A stretch of DNA of 51,594 bases, counting the filler, from Sphacelaria rigidula (taxonomy: Eukaryota): assembly GCA_964200075.2 (NCBI GenBank). It is 4 parts of 4 records of this genome, joined end to end, with 100 filler letters (N's around TTAATTAATTAA, not from the genome) between each part and the next. Parts side by side here need not be neighbours in the genome. Positions count along the whole stretch, not along the records: positions 12,926 to 25,749 come from CAXNAA020003389.1; positions 25,850 to 38,672 come from CAXNAA020003390.1; 2 more parts are not named here. One strand, 5' to 3'. A program made the position numbers and the translations under genes. Shown in pieces: positions 23,460-36,433 of this stretch (positions are counted from its first letter, which is position 1; every line of letters begins with the position of its first letter). The notes under the pieces are model-generated. The model did not search any database. It was not told the DNA's origin and saw only the letters and a program-made list of their open reading frames with translations.

Positions 23460-24427
23460 CCCTGAACAATACAATATGTTCCAACACGGTATCAATACTT
23501 AATATTGAAGCCAGTGCGAATATTGACTTTTCAACATATATATGTTCAGATGCCCGCGGAGACATTGAAGCAGCGATATATATTTCTCGTGCCATGATCG
23601 CAAAGTGATGCATGGCAATGCATATTTGATATGCATTTGCTTCGGGAACAGAACATCCGACATATATTGTGCAAGCCGGCCGTGTATATATTGAAGTGTC
23701 GATATATGTTGAGTCAAAGCGATGCATACCATATTGTTGTCACACTATCTATATATTGTGCAAAAAAACATGCAAGAGTATTGTTTTTCCAATATGTAAT
23801 GCATCCGCTTGTTGCATAGCTTTTGTGCAGCCAATATAAATTTGACACGCTCGCGGAGGACTACAATCAGCGTTTTCGGCATCTGGTGATATACCTTTCA
23901 GTACCGCCCGCGAGTATGAAACTGCCCACCATACTAATTTCTATACATTTTCCGATATACATATTGAACCACCAATATATATATATATAATATATTTCTA
24001 CACCAACATATGTTGTGACGCTCGGCTCCCTCGTGTATTGTTCGCCCATGATATATTGCACGCATTGACCCACGTCATATTGGGGCGACAATATGTATTG
24101 GCGCTTCGGGTGTTAAATATATTGAATCGTCGATACATATTAACCTCGTGTGGCAGACAAAGTGTTACCCGACAAATATATCTTGGTGCCTTGCCGCACC
24201 AACATATTACACGGCCAATATATTTATTGAGGTGGCGCGTGTCGTGGTATATTGTTCGGTCGATAAGTACTGCACATCGCGAGCCTTGACATATTGATGA
24301 CACAATATATATAGATATATATCAACTTGTCCCTCTTGCCACATATTGCTCGCCCAATATATATTGACCACCCGACGCGTCGACATATCGAGCGAGCAAT
24401 ATACATTACATACTGCATTGTCCAGGG
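23460..24427. mobile_element. ~970-bp TIR-bounded non-autonomous element with dense ATATAT/CAATAT motifs
   Basis: CCCTGAACAATACAATATGT ... ACATACTGCATTGTCCAGGG inverted ends; interior saturated with ATATAT(T) motifs. Confidence 0.65.
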
Positions 24428-25749
24428 TGTGATCTATTCTGGGATTGGTCTCTGTTCTACGCGACCGTTTCGGGTATCGGCTTACTCGCTGTTACTATGT
24501 GTATACACCACTACGTGGCAAGGTAGTCGGGAGATTGCACGCGATGATTTTTCAAGATTACTTTAGGTCTAAAGCAGTTCAATCGGTCTAATACGGATCT
24601 ATCGTAGTGTAGGTGCCCTTTTTTGTGTAGATGCTTTGTTTCTTGCCTTCCTCTGCGGACTGTTGAATGTATGGGTATGGGTGGTATGCTCCTTGCACTC
24701 TGTGACAACGGGTTTGAGAGATCGAGCTAATGTGACGAACATAATAATCATAATACTTGAAATTTTGTGTGGGACCTCGCAGGAGCATGATGAATAATAA
24801 AATTGGGTACGTCCGTTTTTTGTCTTCTTCACTGGTTTAGTGCGTTTTTGTATGGTAAGGGCCATTTTTTACGAGAACGCCCGAACCACTCCCTCCCCCC
24901 CAAAGATTAAGGCTGTACATTTTATATTTAGCATACCTGATCCCCGCGTGATGCCAGCCGTGGCTTGTTCGCACCTTCTTTCGTCACGGAGTCTGCGGGT
25001 GCATGTCACAGAAGAGCGTGTTCCGAATCGCTCACAGCCTTGAATAGGATTTTAATGTCAGCTAAGACTTTTACCTCTCCAATGTCAGGGGTCACAGTTT
25101 CTACAATGTTCAACTTTTTTTGAGGAAAAACAAGCCGAATAACGCAATTTTCTCGACTTCGGCGGCGCTCCCGCGAGGCGCCCTCACCCGTCGGGGGGGA
25201 CGTCTGCGAGTATCAAGTTCGACATCCTCAATCTAGTGAGGCACAATGACACCAGGTGAGCTTTCCCGCAGGAAGGAGATGTGATTGGTGTTTTACTGCA
25301 AAAATATTCAGTTTTCGTTTTCGTTCTGTTTTGTCCGTTTTTTCTTTTTTTATTCTTTACGGGTGTTTCCGTTTGTTCGGTTTGTCACGTCTTCCTTGGT
25401 GCTGTTATTAGATGGTTTGTGTACATTTTCTTCTGCGAGGTTCCTGATTTCTGGGCAGACTGCATTTGGAGCGGCACAGATGTAGCTTGTAACTACAAAG
25501 CAGATCGCTTCCGTCTACCTGGGAATTGCCAGGAATATATTCTAAAACCTAGTGCTCGTGCGGTCCAAGCTCGAACCATGTTCCAGAGAAATACATGACT
25601 ACAGGAGTGAAATATAGTATATTGAACACAACTGTTTGTGTGTGTCGTTACTTTGTTGTTACTGCTGACTGCTGCCGCGATAGCCCCCCCCTGAACCGGC
25701 CAATAAAGGGCACGGAGGCGATGATCATAATTGCCTTTAGAGCTGGTTT

Positions 25750-25849
25750 NNNNNNNNNNNNNNNNNNNNNNNNNNNNNNNNNNNNNNNNNNNNTTAATTA
25801 ATTAANNNNNNNNNNNNNNNNNNNNNNNNNNNNNNNNNNNNNNNNNNNN
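25750..25849. other. Artificial contig-joining linker
   Basis: Same N44-TTAATTAATTAA-N44 structure. Confidence 0.97.
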
Positions 25850-26202
25850 GGTTTTGCGGGGTGGTTGTCGGGTGTGGTTGTCGGGTGGTTTGGGGCTTTG
25901 GTTGGGGGTATCACGGCATTACTTAGAGGGATCACAACAGTCCCAGCATCCCGAGTAGCGAGTACAGCAGACATTTGGACTCAAATCGGCGCCGGTTTCG
26001 GAGTCAAAACGCGATAATGCGTGAGAAAAACAGCGCACACTCGGCTAAGGGCATCTTACACATCCCTCTTGCCGAAGAGGACGACCTCTTCCCATTGGTA
26101 GGGTTGGGGTTAGGGTTAGCGCTACGAGTAGCGTTTTAGGTTCACGGAAACCTGCCTCCCGCCTTACATGTATCGTAGCTCCTTCCTCCTTGGCGGACTC
26201 AC

Positions 26203-26388
26203 CTCACGACCAGCCTCTAACTTAGCCAGAAGTGCCGACTGCTCAATCGCGAGAGAGGCAAGCCGTTCCCCCATCCCATCTTCGCAACACTGCAGCGCGG
26301 TCGCTATCCCCGCTACCATAGGCCCCAGCGCGTCTTCACCTATCGCCTGGGGCAACCCTGGTCGGCGGCTAAGACTCGATGCGGCCAT
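26203..26388 (-). CDS. Probable first coding exon of a small coiled-coil protein (possibly Snapin/BLOC-1-like)
   Basis: ACCATGG start; MAASSLSRRPGLPQAIGEDALGPMVAGIATALQCCEDGMGERLASLAIEQSALLAKLEAGRE; strong phase-0 donor GAG|GTGAGT. The family assignment is a loose resemblance only. Confidence 0.45.
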
Positions 26389-26806
26389 GGTACCTGGGCC
26401 TTGTTCCTGTAACAAGTTCATGCCGTAAATACAGTTTTTTGGGGGGTTACCGAGCTCGTCATCAACCACCAATGCAATACTTATTCCTCGTTTTTTGCCT
26501 GTGGGCCGAACCTACTGTGGCATATGATGCACGCGGCCCGTGGATGACAATTTCATGGGATCCGACAACTTCTCGACTCGGGGAGTGGTCCTTAGATGGG
26601 AGTTGATATACCGCTAACTTTTTCTCACCCTTGCCGGGAGGCCGAAGCAGTCCGTGTTCTCTCCAGATCAAGCCATTCCTCCCCCCCGGTGCTTACACTT
26701 GCATTCTGGTAGACCAGAGTGGATTAGCACCCCCGCATCGGATCGACTCTTATTGAATTTTTCTGTCTCGTGACGCGTTCAACGAAGGGAACCAGATTCT
26801 GCTTTA

Positions 26807-27119
26807 CCACTTGGGAGGGTGAGAATTTTCTCAGAGTTTTATAACTTCGAACGAACTATAACACCAACACCAACCCTAACCCGAACCCCAACGAAGGTAC
26901 ACCGAGAACCCCTCGGGGGAGGGAGTGGAGAGTGTTACCTAGGCAAAGGTTACGTCGCCAGACCTCAAATCGGCGCCCCAGGCGCCGATTTCGCTAAAAA
27001 CGCGTTTTGCGCAAGAAAGGAGCAGGCTTGGAGCATAGCCCCATTAAAGATCCGGATTTCCGCTCTCCACACTAAAACCAAGTCAAACTCACTGAGAAAT
27101 TTATCACCCTCCCAAGTGG
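26807..27119. mobile_element. MITE with ~35-bp TIRs, TA flanks and internal TAACCC-like hexamers
   Basis: TA-CCACTTGGGAGGGTGAGAATTTTCTCAG ... CTGAGAAATTTATCACCCTCCCAAGTGG-TA. Confidence 0.8.
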
Positions 27120-27132
27120 TAAACTAAAGTGA

Positions 27133-27359
27133 CCATAAGACGGCGAGAGTACGTCACCTGTCGAAACGGCATCGATTTCAGTTGAAAAAGTGTCGGTGAT
27201 CTAGATGGACTACCCTTCTCACGGTGTAAGGGTTAATTTTAATTAACCCTTTGGGAACCCATTGGCGATTTTTTTTTCATCGGCATCATTTCGACTTGAA
27301 AATGACTGAAATTGATGCCGATTGACAAAAACAAAAATCGTCGTTGGGTTCCAAAATGG
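27133..27359. mobile_element. Two adjacent piggyBac-like MITEs (27133-27232, 27247-27359)
   Basis: GGG-TTAA and TTAA-CCC ends; shared ATCGGCATC/GATGCCGAT interior motifs. Confidence 0.6.
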
Positions 27360-30300
27360 TTGAACAGTCACATCCTTTGGATGTACGAACTGGGCCAGCA
27401 GTAAACCCCGCGCATGCATGTCACACCATAACTCATCACCTTCACCAAATCAGCCCGACTTGAGAATATCGGTGTGACCTGCAGACCAACGTGGTAACGC
27501 ACGGGACCGCCGCTGAATGAAAAAACAAAATGAAAAAAATGTACTGCATAATGTATCACCTAACCGACGGAACAAAACAAAACAAAACATCGGGATTCGA
27601 TCTCGTGACCTCCATAACTGGAGTCAACTGCATCACTTGGATTAAAACAGCGCAGTCGTGCCAGACGTGAAGTTGGATGCTGCGCCAAATTTCTGGAAAT
27701 TTTGGCCGAAATTGCACCAGGATTCTCCCCCACACACGGACGCACAACTACACTAGGGATGCCCCCGTATTTCCCTATTTTCACGGAGTTATAGCATTTT
27801 TATAGTTTTTGCAGAAACTTCATTTTTTTTTCTTCATTTTTTTTCTTGGCGTCCCCGGGAAGGTTGTGCGTAGTGATGATAAAAATATTGCGTCGAAATT
27901 TCGGCGCCCAACGCTTCGGATTACCCACCGCCCGACCCGGATACATTCGCGAATCACTGTTAGCTGGCCCAGCTCGTAGCGAAAAAAGGCCGGAAAATCA
28001 TCACACGATTCGCGAAGAGTGAGGTCTTGAGATCCCGTTTCAACAAACGTAAAAAAAATGAACACGAGCTCATGAGAATGATATTGAAAATGAAGAACAG
28101 ATCGCACATGGCAACCATTTGAAGTTCCCTTTTAGATCCACATTATCGTTCTCGATCAGAATCAACCATTTTTGAACCTCCCTTGGTGAGAAAGTAGAGG
28201 CCAATCCGGTCAAAATGCGAAATTATTATTTATTCTTATTTCCGCACATTAGTCCGATCTCGCGAAAGGGAACGTAAAATGGTTGTCACACGTGTTAGGA
28301 TCCTTACAATCTCATTATCATTTCCTTATCTCGGTAAGACGTAAGGGGCCCTAGCGGGTTCGCATATACCGGGCACAAATTGACCCCTCCCCAGTGCACT
28401 TGTCAAGGTCTGAGGCTAACCCTGCAAAAAAGCGCATCCCCCATGGTAGGGCACATACAAACAGCGACCGTGCTCTTGTTCACTCCTGGGTCTTGTCCCA
28501 GCAATTGCCGTATTTGGTTGTCATGAGCGAGCTCTCTTTTGGACTTTCGTACAACATACAGAACGCAGTCGCTAAGTTGTCATCATTTTTGCTTGTAACA
28601 ATCACAAACATAGTCGTTGCTGTTGTTGTTGTTGTCGTCGTTGTTTTTGTGGTCTTCACATCAAAAACCGTTCCGATATCTGCGTAGTATTGTACTCTGT
28701 GCAGGGCATCTGATGCCGACGCCTTCCGTGGTCACAGGCTAACTACCCAAAATAGAGTAAAAGAAAACAAAATAATAAAATCTGACGCAGAAAAATTCAC
28801 ACATACACAATACAAAAGGAATAAAAAACAAAAAAAATAAGATACTAAAAAAGAATTAAAATAGGAAGGAAAAATAAATACTGCTAGCCCTCCAAGTTCC
28901 GATGCCGTATGCGACCATTCGGGCTACTGGGGGCAGGGCCCATTGGTCCACTCAATACGCGAGGCCGAACAGGAATGGACCTGAACTCGAGAGCCTTCAT
29001 CACCAGCCAAAGCGATGAGAGTCGTAGGGTTCTATCCTTATACCTCTAGAGGGATAGCTATGCGTACGAATATACCAGGCATAACAGGAAAAGCACCACA
29101 TAATAACACGCATCACCCCGGGGGGGAGGGGTGCACGAGAGTCAGCAGTTAGTATAAAAAATAGTGCACACCAGAATAGGATAGCCATCGTGCTACAGAA
29201 AACCCCCCATCACAAGTTTCCGGGATTCCTCGACGTTGCCCCCCTACGTGACATCCACGAGAGGTTTTCAACAGGTGAGGAGCCTGCTCTAGATGAACTG
29301 ATGAGTTCTGCTGCTGATATATCACGCCCCAGGACATGCGTTGAAGCTCGTGCTTCTTCATGCCACATTACTGCACAGAACATCTCCGATTAGACGTATG
29401 ATAGCAACAGAACCACGCACGAAACTGTGTATACAATTGAGCTTTGCGGGAGCCCATCTTTCGTCGGAGTACCTTTCTTCTTCCTTTCATGTTTCTTCTG
29501 TCATTTTCCTTCCTATTTTTGCACGCCTTAATCTACTATGTCGTCATGTTCCACTTTTTCTGTCCCTTCTTTTTCTTCGACGAGTGTTACAGTCTTGTCG
29601 TGTCTTGGGTACGTCTATCATGCGACCACGGCTGGATCCCTGGGGGGTCAGTTAAAGTGCGACAATAAAAAAAAAAAAGTATGTATGGTTGTGTGGTGTT
29701 CTCACTATGAATTATCATAGTGTGTACAGTAGTACAAACCTTTTTGCTTTGCCAGGGCAAGGAAACACTGTCGACATGAAACTATGCGCTTTGCAGAGGT
29801 GAAAGTGGACCGAGCGTCCTCCGAGTGAAATCTTCACTACTGCTGTTGTGATCTTCAATGTCGGTAGCTAGAGCTTGACGTCTTGTCCCTGACAAAAAGG
29901 GACTCAACCTCGCGTCCGCTCACTGCGGGTTTGTGAGGTACAGGGGAAATCGTCAACAGGCTTATTGGGTCTTTGATGCATATCATCAGTGGAAGTCCGA
30001 CGACGCCAAAGCTCCACATCATCGAAACCGAAAAAAATGTTTTGGAGTATATCTCGGTCCCATACGAACCGTTTTCAAGTCGAATTTTTGCGTTATATTC
30101 TCCAGCTAATGACGGTTACGACGGTTTGATCCATGATGAGATTGGATGCAAGATGTGTTGGATCTTCGCATTTCTGTTTTCAGAACAAGATGAAGGCCTT
30201 CGATTGACCGATAAATATTTTCACTACCAGCGCCACGGCAAAGGATGCGAGAATATAAATGTGTTCGCTCGCTCGTGGGGATCACTGTGATATGTTTCTA

Positions 30301-31887
30301 TCGAGTCCGTTTTTTCGTTCTGTATCTAGAGAGGAACAAAGTTTGGGCATCCACTCTGAACCAGCCTGTATGATGTAATTCAAGTGACTTGAGGAACACC
30401 TTGATATCTAGTCCTCGGATTGGGGTACTGGTACAGAAAGTTTCGGCGTGTTCTCCACCACGAAGGGTCTCCGATAGCGATATGGGAGATGATACCGCCA
30501 AAGTCCGCTTTGGTACCCTTCTACTAAGATACTGTACGAGAGGTGGGTTAATGTCTTTGCTATACATAATTGGCCTATTTTTCTGCACTACTGTACTGCT
30601 GTAGTCAAAATGGAGTCAGTTTTTGAAAGATCGAGAACTACGTCGTGTGGAGAACAAATAGGATGGTTGGACGCCATGTGTTACACAGACCCATGTTATT
30701 GTCTCGCACGAACTTTATATTTGAAATTATTTCACGAACCACCTACCCGACGAGGCTGTGAGTTGAACTCTGGTTCATCTCACGGCTCTAGTACCTACCC
30801 GTTGCCTTGTAAGGCGCAAAGCGCAGCTAAGGTAGCATGGCGTGCGGCATTGAGACCGGGCGCATCTTCACAAGCGACACATGCATGCGCAGTATACAGA
30901 GTCGTGCTGATCATGCCCGCTCTGCGCAGATTTCATCCAACGCATAGAGCTCGACTGCGGTACGGTAGGGACAGTTGTAAAATGTTCCCCTGTGTGCTAG
31001 TTGTGCTAGTGTACAAACTGCCCCACTGCATTTTGGAGCGTTCAGTGCTGCACTTAATCGTGCCGAGTGTGTTCGAACTTCTCATGTTCCAGTAAGTCCT
31101 TCCATCGTGTACTTGTACTTCGACTATTTGGCAATATAGTGCCAACAAGACCCGCATCGAAAATCAAGAAAAAATTGATAACGGTACAGAAGCCCTCTCA
31201 TTTTGTGCTGCTATGCTTTTCACCCGATCGTTGAAATCTCACATTCGTTTGCTCTGTAGATACAGCTGCCTAGTCACACCCAGCACGACCTGCCGCATCT
31301 GGCGGCGTAACGGTTTTGGCAGATCTTTAATTAATCAACAGTGCAGACCGTAGACAACACCAACAGCAATCGGTACAACCGTCTGTCCAATACATCCCCG
31401 CAGCCAAACGTTGAATACTGATCCAGATTGAAAGCAAAACATCTTATCATCTCATCTTCTATAGCGATATGAATAGTACCTGAACGGTTTGCCCTGATCT
31501 ATTAGCCGCAGCGCAGTCTACTGTAGCCTGTTCTCTTGGGGGCAGGGAGCAGCCCGAAGCGAAAGTGCCATGTTGCCCCAGTATTGCGTGTCTCGCCGCA
31601 TGCCTGTATGTCATCTGTATCATATGCCATTATCCAATGAAGCTTACTTTCTCCCTTTTCCCTATCTTGTATGCCCCCGCATAGACCTTCACTCCACAGA
31701 TGCTTGATGTGGGAGATGTATATTTTCCAGAGGGGATAAATTATATATCATACTTTCAATACGTCCCCGATTATTGCGTTTATAACGGATTTGGTCAATA
31801 TGGATCTCAGACCTGAACGAAACCTAATGTGATGACATTGTGCCGGACCAAACACGACGTGGTCACGACGACATTGTACGATAAACG

Positions 31888-31974
31888 ATGGTGAAGAGGC
31901 GCGTGTTGAAGCCGATTCCTGTGCTAGACGAGGCTCTTCTTCTGAAAGCCTTGAGAGATGAAGGCATCAAGGAG
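31888..31974 (+). CDS. rlmN: RlmN/Cfr-family radical SAM RNA methyltransferase, exon 1
   Basis: MVKRRVLKPIPVLDEALLLKALRDEGIKE then GAG|GTCAGT; joins in phase 0 to exon 2. Confidence 0.75.
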
Positions 31975-33195
31975 GTCAGTGAAGGCGGTGGAGTTTTGAA
32001 ATACGTAGACTGGGACAGCCGTAACCGCCGGATCTTTGGGTACGATGCAATTGATACAGTCTCAGAACGTGTATCGTACTCCGCTGCTAGTGTGCTGACC
32101 AGGCAGCACTGCCTCTATCAGAGTGTCTGTGCATGGATCAAATTTTCTATGTTTGCACCCCTTATTGTGGAAATATTGTCAGATTTTCCATTCAGGCATG
32201 GTTCTGCTCTAATACATGTGTAGATACTTCTTGACTCTGCCGCTCCACGACAGCAGCGCAACCCGTCACCATGTCCCCTATGCGTTCGGATACCCGCCCG
32301 AAACGCCACCCTCTCCCCTACTCACAGTACAGCAGTCACCATCTGTGTGAACGGGACCAAGGCGAGTCTAACTAAGCGAACATCATACCGACAACGTGTT
32401 CGCGTCGTGCCAAGCTCCTGCAGTCGTTAACGTCCTTGTTGGCAGCATCACAATACCCTAGAGCGCGAAAAATGCGCACCGTGCTTCTCCCCGCTCGCCC
32501 CGAAATACGGTACCCTTGCCGTGTACTGACTGTCAACACATGCAGTACGGCATACAGCACGGTACGGTCGCGGAAGACAGTCGTACAACAGCAGCATCTG
32601 CAGCAGCTGTGCCCTATAACAGGAACAGGGGGTGATGCAAGTAGGGGGGAAGGGAGGCAGGCACGGCATCCGCGATCGGCGTTTCGTCGGGGGTGGTTGA
32701 AAACGACAAAAAAAAACATGATTTTGGCGATGGAGGAGCTGGTGTTTGTGGATCAATCCGGGCCGATAGGAGATGAAATCCATTAACCGGTTCACTGTTG
32801 CTCCCACTTCTTTTGACTCCTACTTTGTACACAGCAGAAAATAAGCAGAACGAGCAGACAGTAGATGGTGGTTAATAACACCACCCCACCCCGACGATCA
32901 TTCTTCGCAACCTCGATTTCTCGACGAGAACGGTCTGCACTGCTGATGGACGTTGTGTATAGACGGATGTCAATGAGAGTGTGCTGACGACACGAGTTTC
33001 GGCGTCACGAAGACCGCTGTATCGAGGAGAATTGGGGTTATAGAAAGTGTGAAGGGAGTGGTTTTATCCTCCGTAGTTATTGACTGCTAAGCCCTGTACG
33101 TTTGGGGCTAGGGCATGCAGTGGTATGGCGATATCGGCTTTGTCCAGATTCCGGGTCCTTGCCTGGACGTAGGTGTCATGTCTACACATACCTGT

Positions 33196-33537
33196 CGGTC
33201 TTCCCGGTGGCTCAGTTGGTAACCTCGAAACCTTCTGACGGTTGGGACGCGGGTTCGAATCCCGGAGCGATCTAGGACTTTTTCTCATGCCCAACAGTGG
33301 AGAGCGACGATGTCGTAGGTACACGACATTCGACTTAACGGTCGACGAGGGTAAGGGACTGCTGAACCCCTCTCGCGATAAGAGAAAAGGCAAGCACCGC
33401 AGAAGGAAGGTGGAGTGGCAAAACAAAACAAAACAACAATAAAAACTGCTGTGTTGACCTTACTCCTGTCTGACCCCAGCTGGTGCGCCCACATATACCG
33501 AAAGGTGTAGCCCGGCGTCCAGAATACATGGGACAAC
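33196..33537 (+). mobile_element. tRNA-derived SINE with 12-bp target-site duplication (RlmN intron 1)
   Basis: Box A TGGCTCAGTTGG, box B GGTTCGAATCCC, CA-rich tail. TSD ACACATACCTGT at 33184-33195 and 33538-33549. Confidence 0.88.
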
Positions 33538-33786
33538 ACACATACCTGTAAGCATGAAGGGCGCAGGCTGTAACTGAGATTACGATGACCGTTAGTATTG
33601 ATGGTGGCCTCATGGCTCTTGCTACCCCCTAAAGCATAGTGCAGCAGTTGCTCTGGCCTCGTTATCAACACCGACTTCTTTGCTGTTTGGCTGCTGCTGC
33701 ATGATGCACACGACGACAACGATTACCATCAAACAACTTGAAAAAACCACATGGTCCAACAACATGGACAACCGGACTCTACACAG

Positions 33787-33990
33787 TTGCACGCCCGGGC
33801 AATCTGGAACTATGCCCTGGCGGAAGGCAAGGCGTATGGCTCAGACGCAAACTTCGAGAACTTCGAGAAAACGGACTACCACATGAACACGCCCGCGCAG
33901 ACGGGGCGGATGCTGCGTGAAAAGTTCGCCATCCTCACATCTACTGTGGTGGAGAAACAAGTCTCCGAAGATGGGACCGTGAAACTGCTG
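33787..33990 (+). CDS. rlmN: RlmN-like methyltransferase, exon 2
   Basis: ACACAG|LHARAIWNYAL...TSTVVEKQVSEDGTVKLL|GTGTGT. The S.DGT.KLL motif is typical of RlmN. Confidence 0.88.
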
Positions 33991-34522
33991 GTGTGTAATG
34001 CTGCGAGTGTTTCTTGTTTGTCTCGTTATGATGTTGGGGTTGATCCATCTTTTGTTGTTGTTGTTATTACTGTTGTAGCTAAATTCAACAATTCCGTGAA
34101 ATGTATGCCACATATGTGGCCTTTCGTTCGCTCCAGTACCCAACTTGTTTGCTACAAACGACTCGCAAGCGTAAAAAAAAATATCGAAAACGTAGTGATC
34201 AGCATTTACGGATTGTGCTTATCTTTTTTCTTTTTTTGTATTGTGCCGTGTACAGTACATCGTTTGCCTAGTTTATCTCTGTTATCATCGTTTCTTCCTT
34301 CATCTTTCTCCCTTCTCGAGCTCCCCTGAACGAGTGCTTCTGTTCCCGTTTTGTTCACCTTCGGTACGTCCATCCCGTCACCAGGACTGGACTCCTATTA
34401 CTGTATAGGGGATTAGCTACTGTGCGACAACCGATGAATCGATCAATCAACCACTGTGCAACTTGGAAGCGACCCGTCAGCCCCTTGCAATGTCATATCT
34501 TCCCGTATTTCCGGGCCATCAG

Positions 34523-34612
34523 GTTCGGCTGCAAGACGGTCAGATGGTTGAAACGGTGATAATCAGCCACGGAGGAACACACCCGAGGACTACCCTCTGC
34601 GTATCCTCGCAG
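34523..34612 (+). CDS. rlmN: RlmN-like methyltransferase, exon 3
   Basis: CATCAG|VRLQDGQMVETVIISHGGTHPRTTLCVSSQ|GTAAGG. Confidence 0.93.
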
Positions 34613-34935
34613 GTAAGGGACATCGCATGTTGATATCCTGCCCATGGGCTTGCGCTGTCATTGTTACCGTCACCGGTGCCCGAACAACGAACACGGAAGG
34701 AGACGTTTCCGATAAGCTGATGATATAAACCATGGTCGGTGTTGGTGCGATTGCGGCATGCTGCGGTATGCTGCTGCAGCTATCTTGTTGGGTATCCGAC
34801 TACGGTGAGAAGCTGTTGTTGCTGTACGACACACGGAGGTTCCCCCGCACGTGGTGACCCTGTACTAGTAGGCGTTCAGCACAATTTGATGCCCCAGTGA
34901 GGGCTCTCCTGGGGTTTCTGCGAACCATATTTCAG

Positions 34936-35071
34936 GTGGGATGCCAAATGGCCTGCACTTTTTGCGCGACGGGTACGATGGGCCTCAAGGGAGACTTGAG
35001 CGCCGGGGAAATCCTGGAGCAGGTGCTGCACGCGTCCAGGGTATCGCCCATCCGCAACGTCGTCTTCATGG
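34936..35071 (+). CDS. rlmN: RlmN-like methyltransferase, exon 4 (radical SAM CxxxCxxC)
   Basis: [36 protein letters not shown]...IRNVVFMG; phase-1 donor G|GTGAG. Confidence 0.95.
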
Positions 35072-36110
35072 GTGAGCATGCTGTCGCAATGCACTCGAGA
35101 TCTACCGTGTGTGACTCCGTACCGCACCAGTACGCTCTGTACTACCCGCAATCGCGGATAACACCCCCTCGTGGTAGCTGTTTGTCTAGTTTGGCCACCA
35201 TGTGGGTATACCTACATTAAGGCACCGGGGTATATGTTGTATACCAGTTCCGCTAGAAGAACACCGCCGGCGGTGGAGTTTCAGGTCCTGGATATATAAT
35301 CTCTCCAAATATTATTTATAGCAACCGTCGTGCTCATCACCGATAGGATAGTATTCGGGAGCTGTGGTGGTTCTTTAGTTATGAGTGCTTGAGCCACCCG
35401 GGCACCCCACGAGATGCCTATTGTACACGTACTTTCTCGGAGAGGGGCGGCAGCTGGTATGTCATAGTCGGACCCACGCGTGCAGCTGTGACGGATACAT
35501 CCAACGTACCCCGGCGGTCCAAGTGACTGTTGATATCCCGTTGCGGCGAAAGGTTGGGGATTCGATTCCCGAGTTTTTATTATTTATTTATTTTGCTCAG
35601 AAGAATCTTGTTTCCGGTCCGTTTTTGAGAGCGTGAGAATGTGGGTAGCACAGGTTGACGACAGTCGACTAGGTGTGAAAGTGCTGATCTGACCCGCGAT
35701 GGTACCATATTGCTAGATTTGTATCGCAAGAGACGAGCTGATCCCTGGGGACTACGGAGTCGTCCCGAGGAGAGGGAGAGGGCTAATAATTTGACGAAAA
35801 TAGGGATAAAGTTCAACGCGGATGGTGACGGCTGAAAGCCATGTCTTCTTTCACGCCTCACCTCTTTTGCTCGGTTCCCGTCACCGGCGCCATTTGCTGA
35901 GTCTTGCAACAATAACACGCTTTTTTATTGTAGACGCCCATTCCCCCGCAATTGCTGTTGGCTCGTTACAGGTATGTTGTCTACTGCTGTGCCGGTAACG
36001 GACAGGCAATGTATTGTTGTATTTTTCCCTCCGACGAAACAAAACCGCGTCGCACGGTGCACTCCCTTCCTCGTCGCTCGCTACTTTCACTGTCGTTGCG
36101 TGTTGAACAG

Positions 36111-36301
36111 GGATGGGCGAGCCTCTAAACAACTACGACGCCGTCCTCGCAGCGATTCGAGGTATGTCGGACAGCCGAATGTTCAAGCTGTCGCCCAAGC
36201 ACATCACACTCTCTACCGTTGGCGTGGTGCCCCGCATGAGACAGCTGACTATGGACGCTCCGGAGACGCAGCTGGCGTTGTCGCTGCACGCTCCAAATCA
36301 G
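36111..36301 (+). CDS. rlmN: RlmN-like methyltransferase, exon 5 (MGEPL and SLHA motifs); later exons lie beyond the contig end
   Basis: GAACAG|(G)MGEPLNNYDAV...ITLSTVGVVP...LALSLHAPNQ, followed by CAG|GCAAGA (probable GC donor). Confidence 0.93.
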
Positions 36302-36433
36302 GCAAGACAATGTTGCCAACGCCCTCCGGTGGTCCAATAATATAGCTGACACCACTCGGGGCGGGAATAACGCGGATTCAATTCCCTCAAGATGCGTCTA
36401 GTTCGGCTTCCTTTTCTCAGAAATGCTAGTAAC

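Noticed and set aside
26098-26120. True telomere near the contig start
   Set aside because: Only 3-4 degenerate TTAGGG units, embedded in a MITE core seen elsewhere internally.
33196-33272. Functional tRNA gene
   Set aside because: A and B boxes present but no proper cloverleaf or anticodon arm; continues into a shared SINE body with a TSD.
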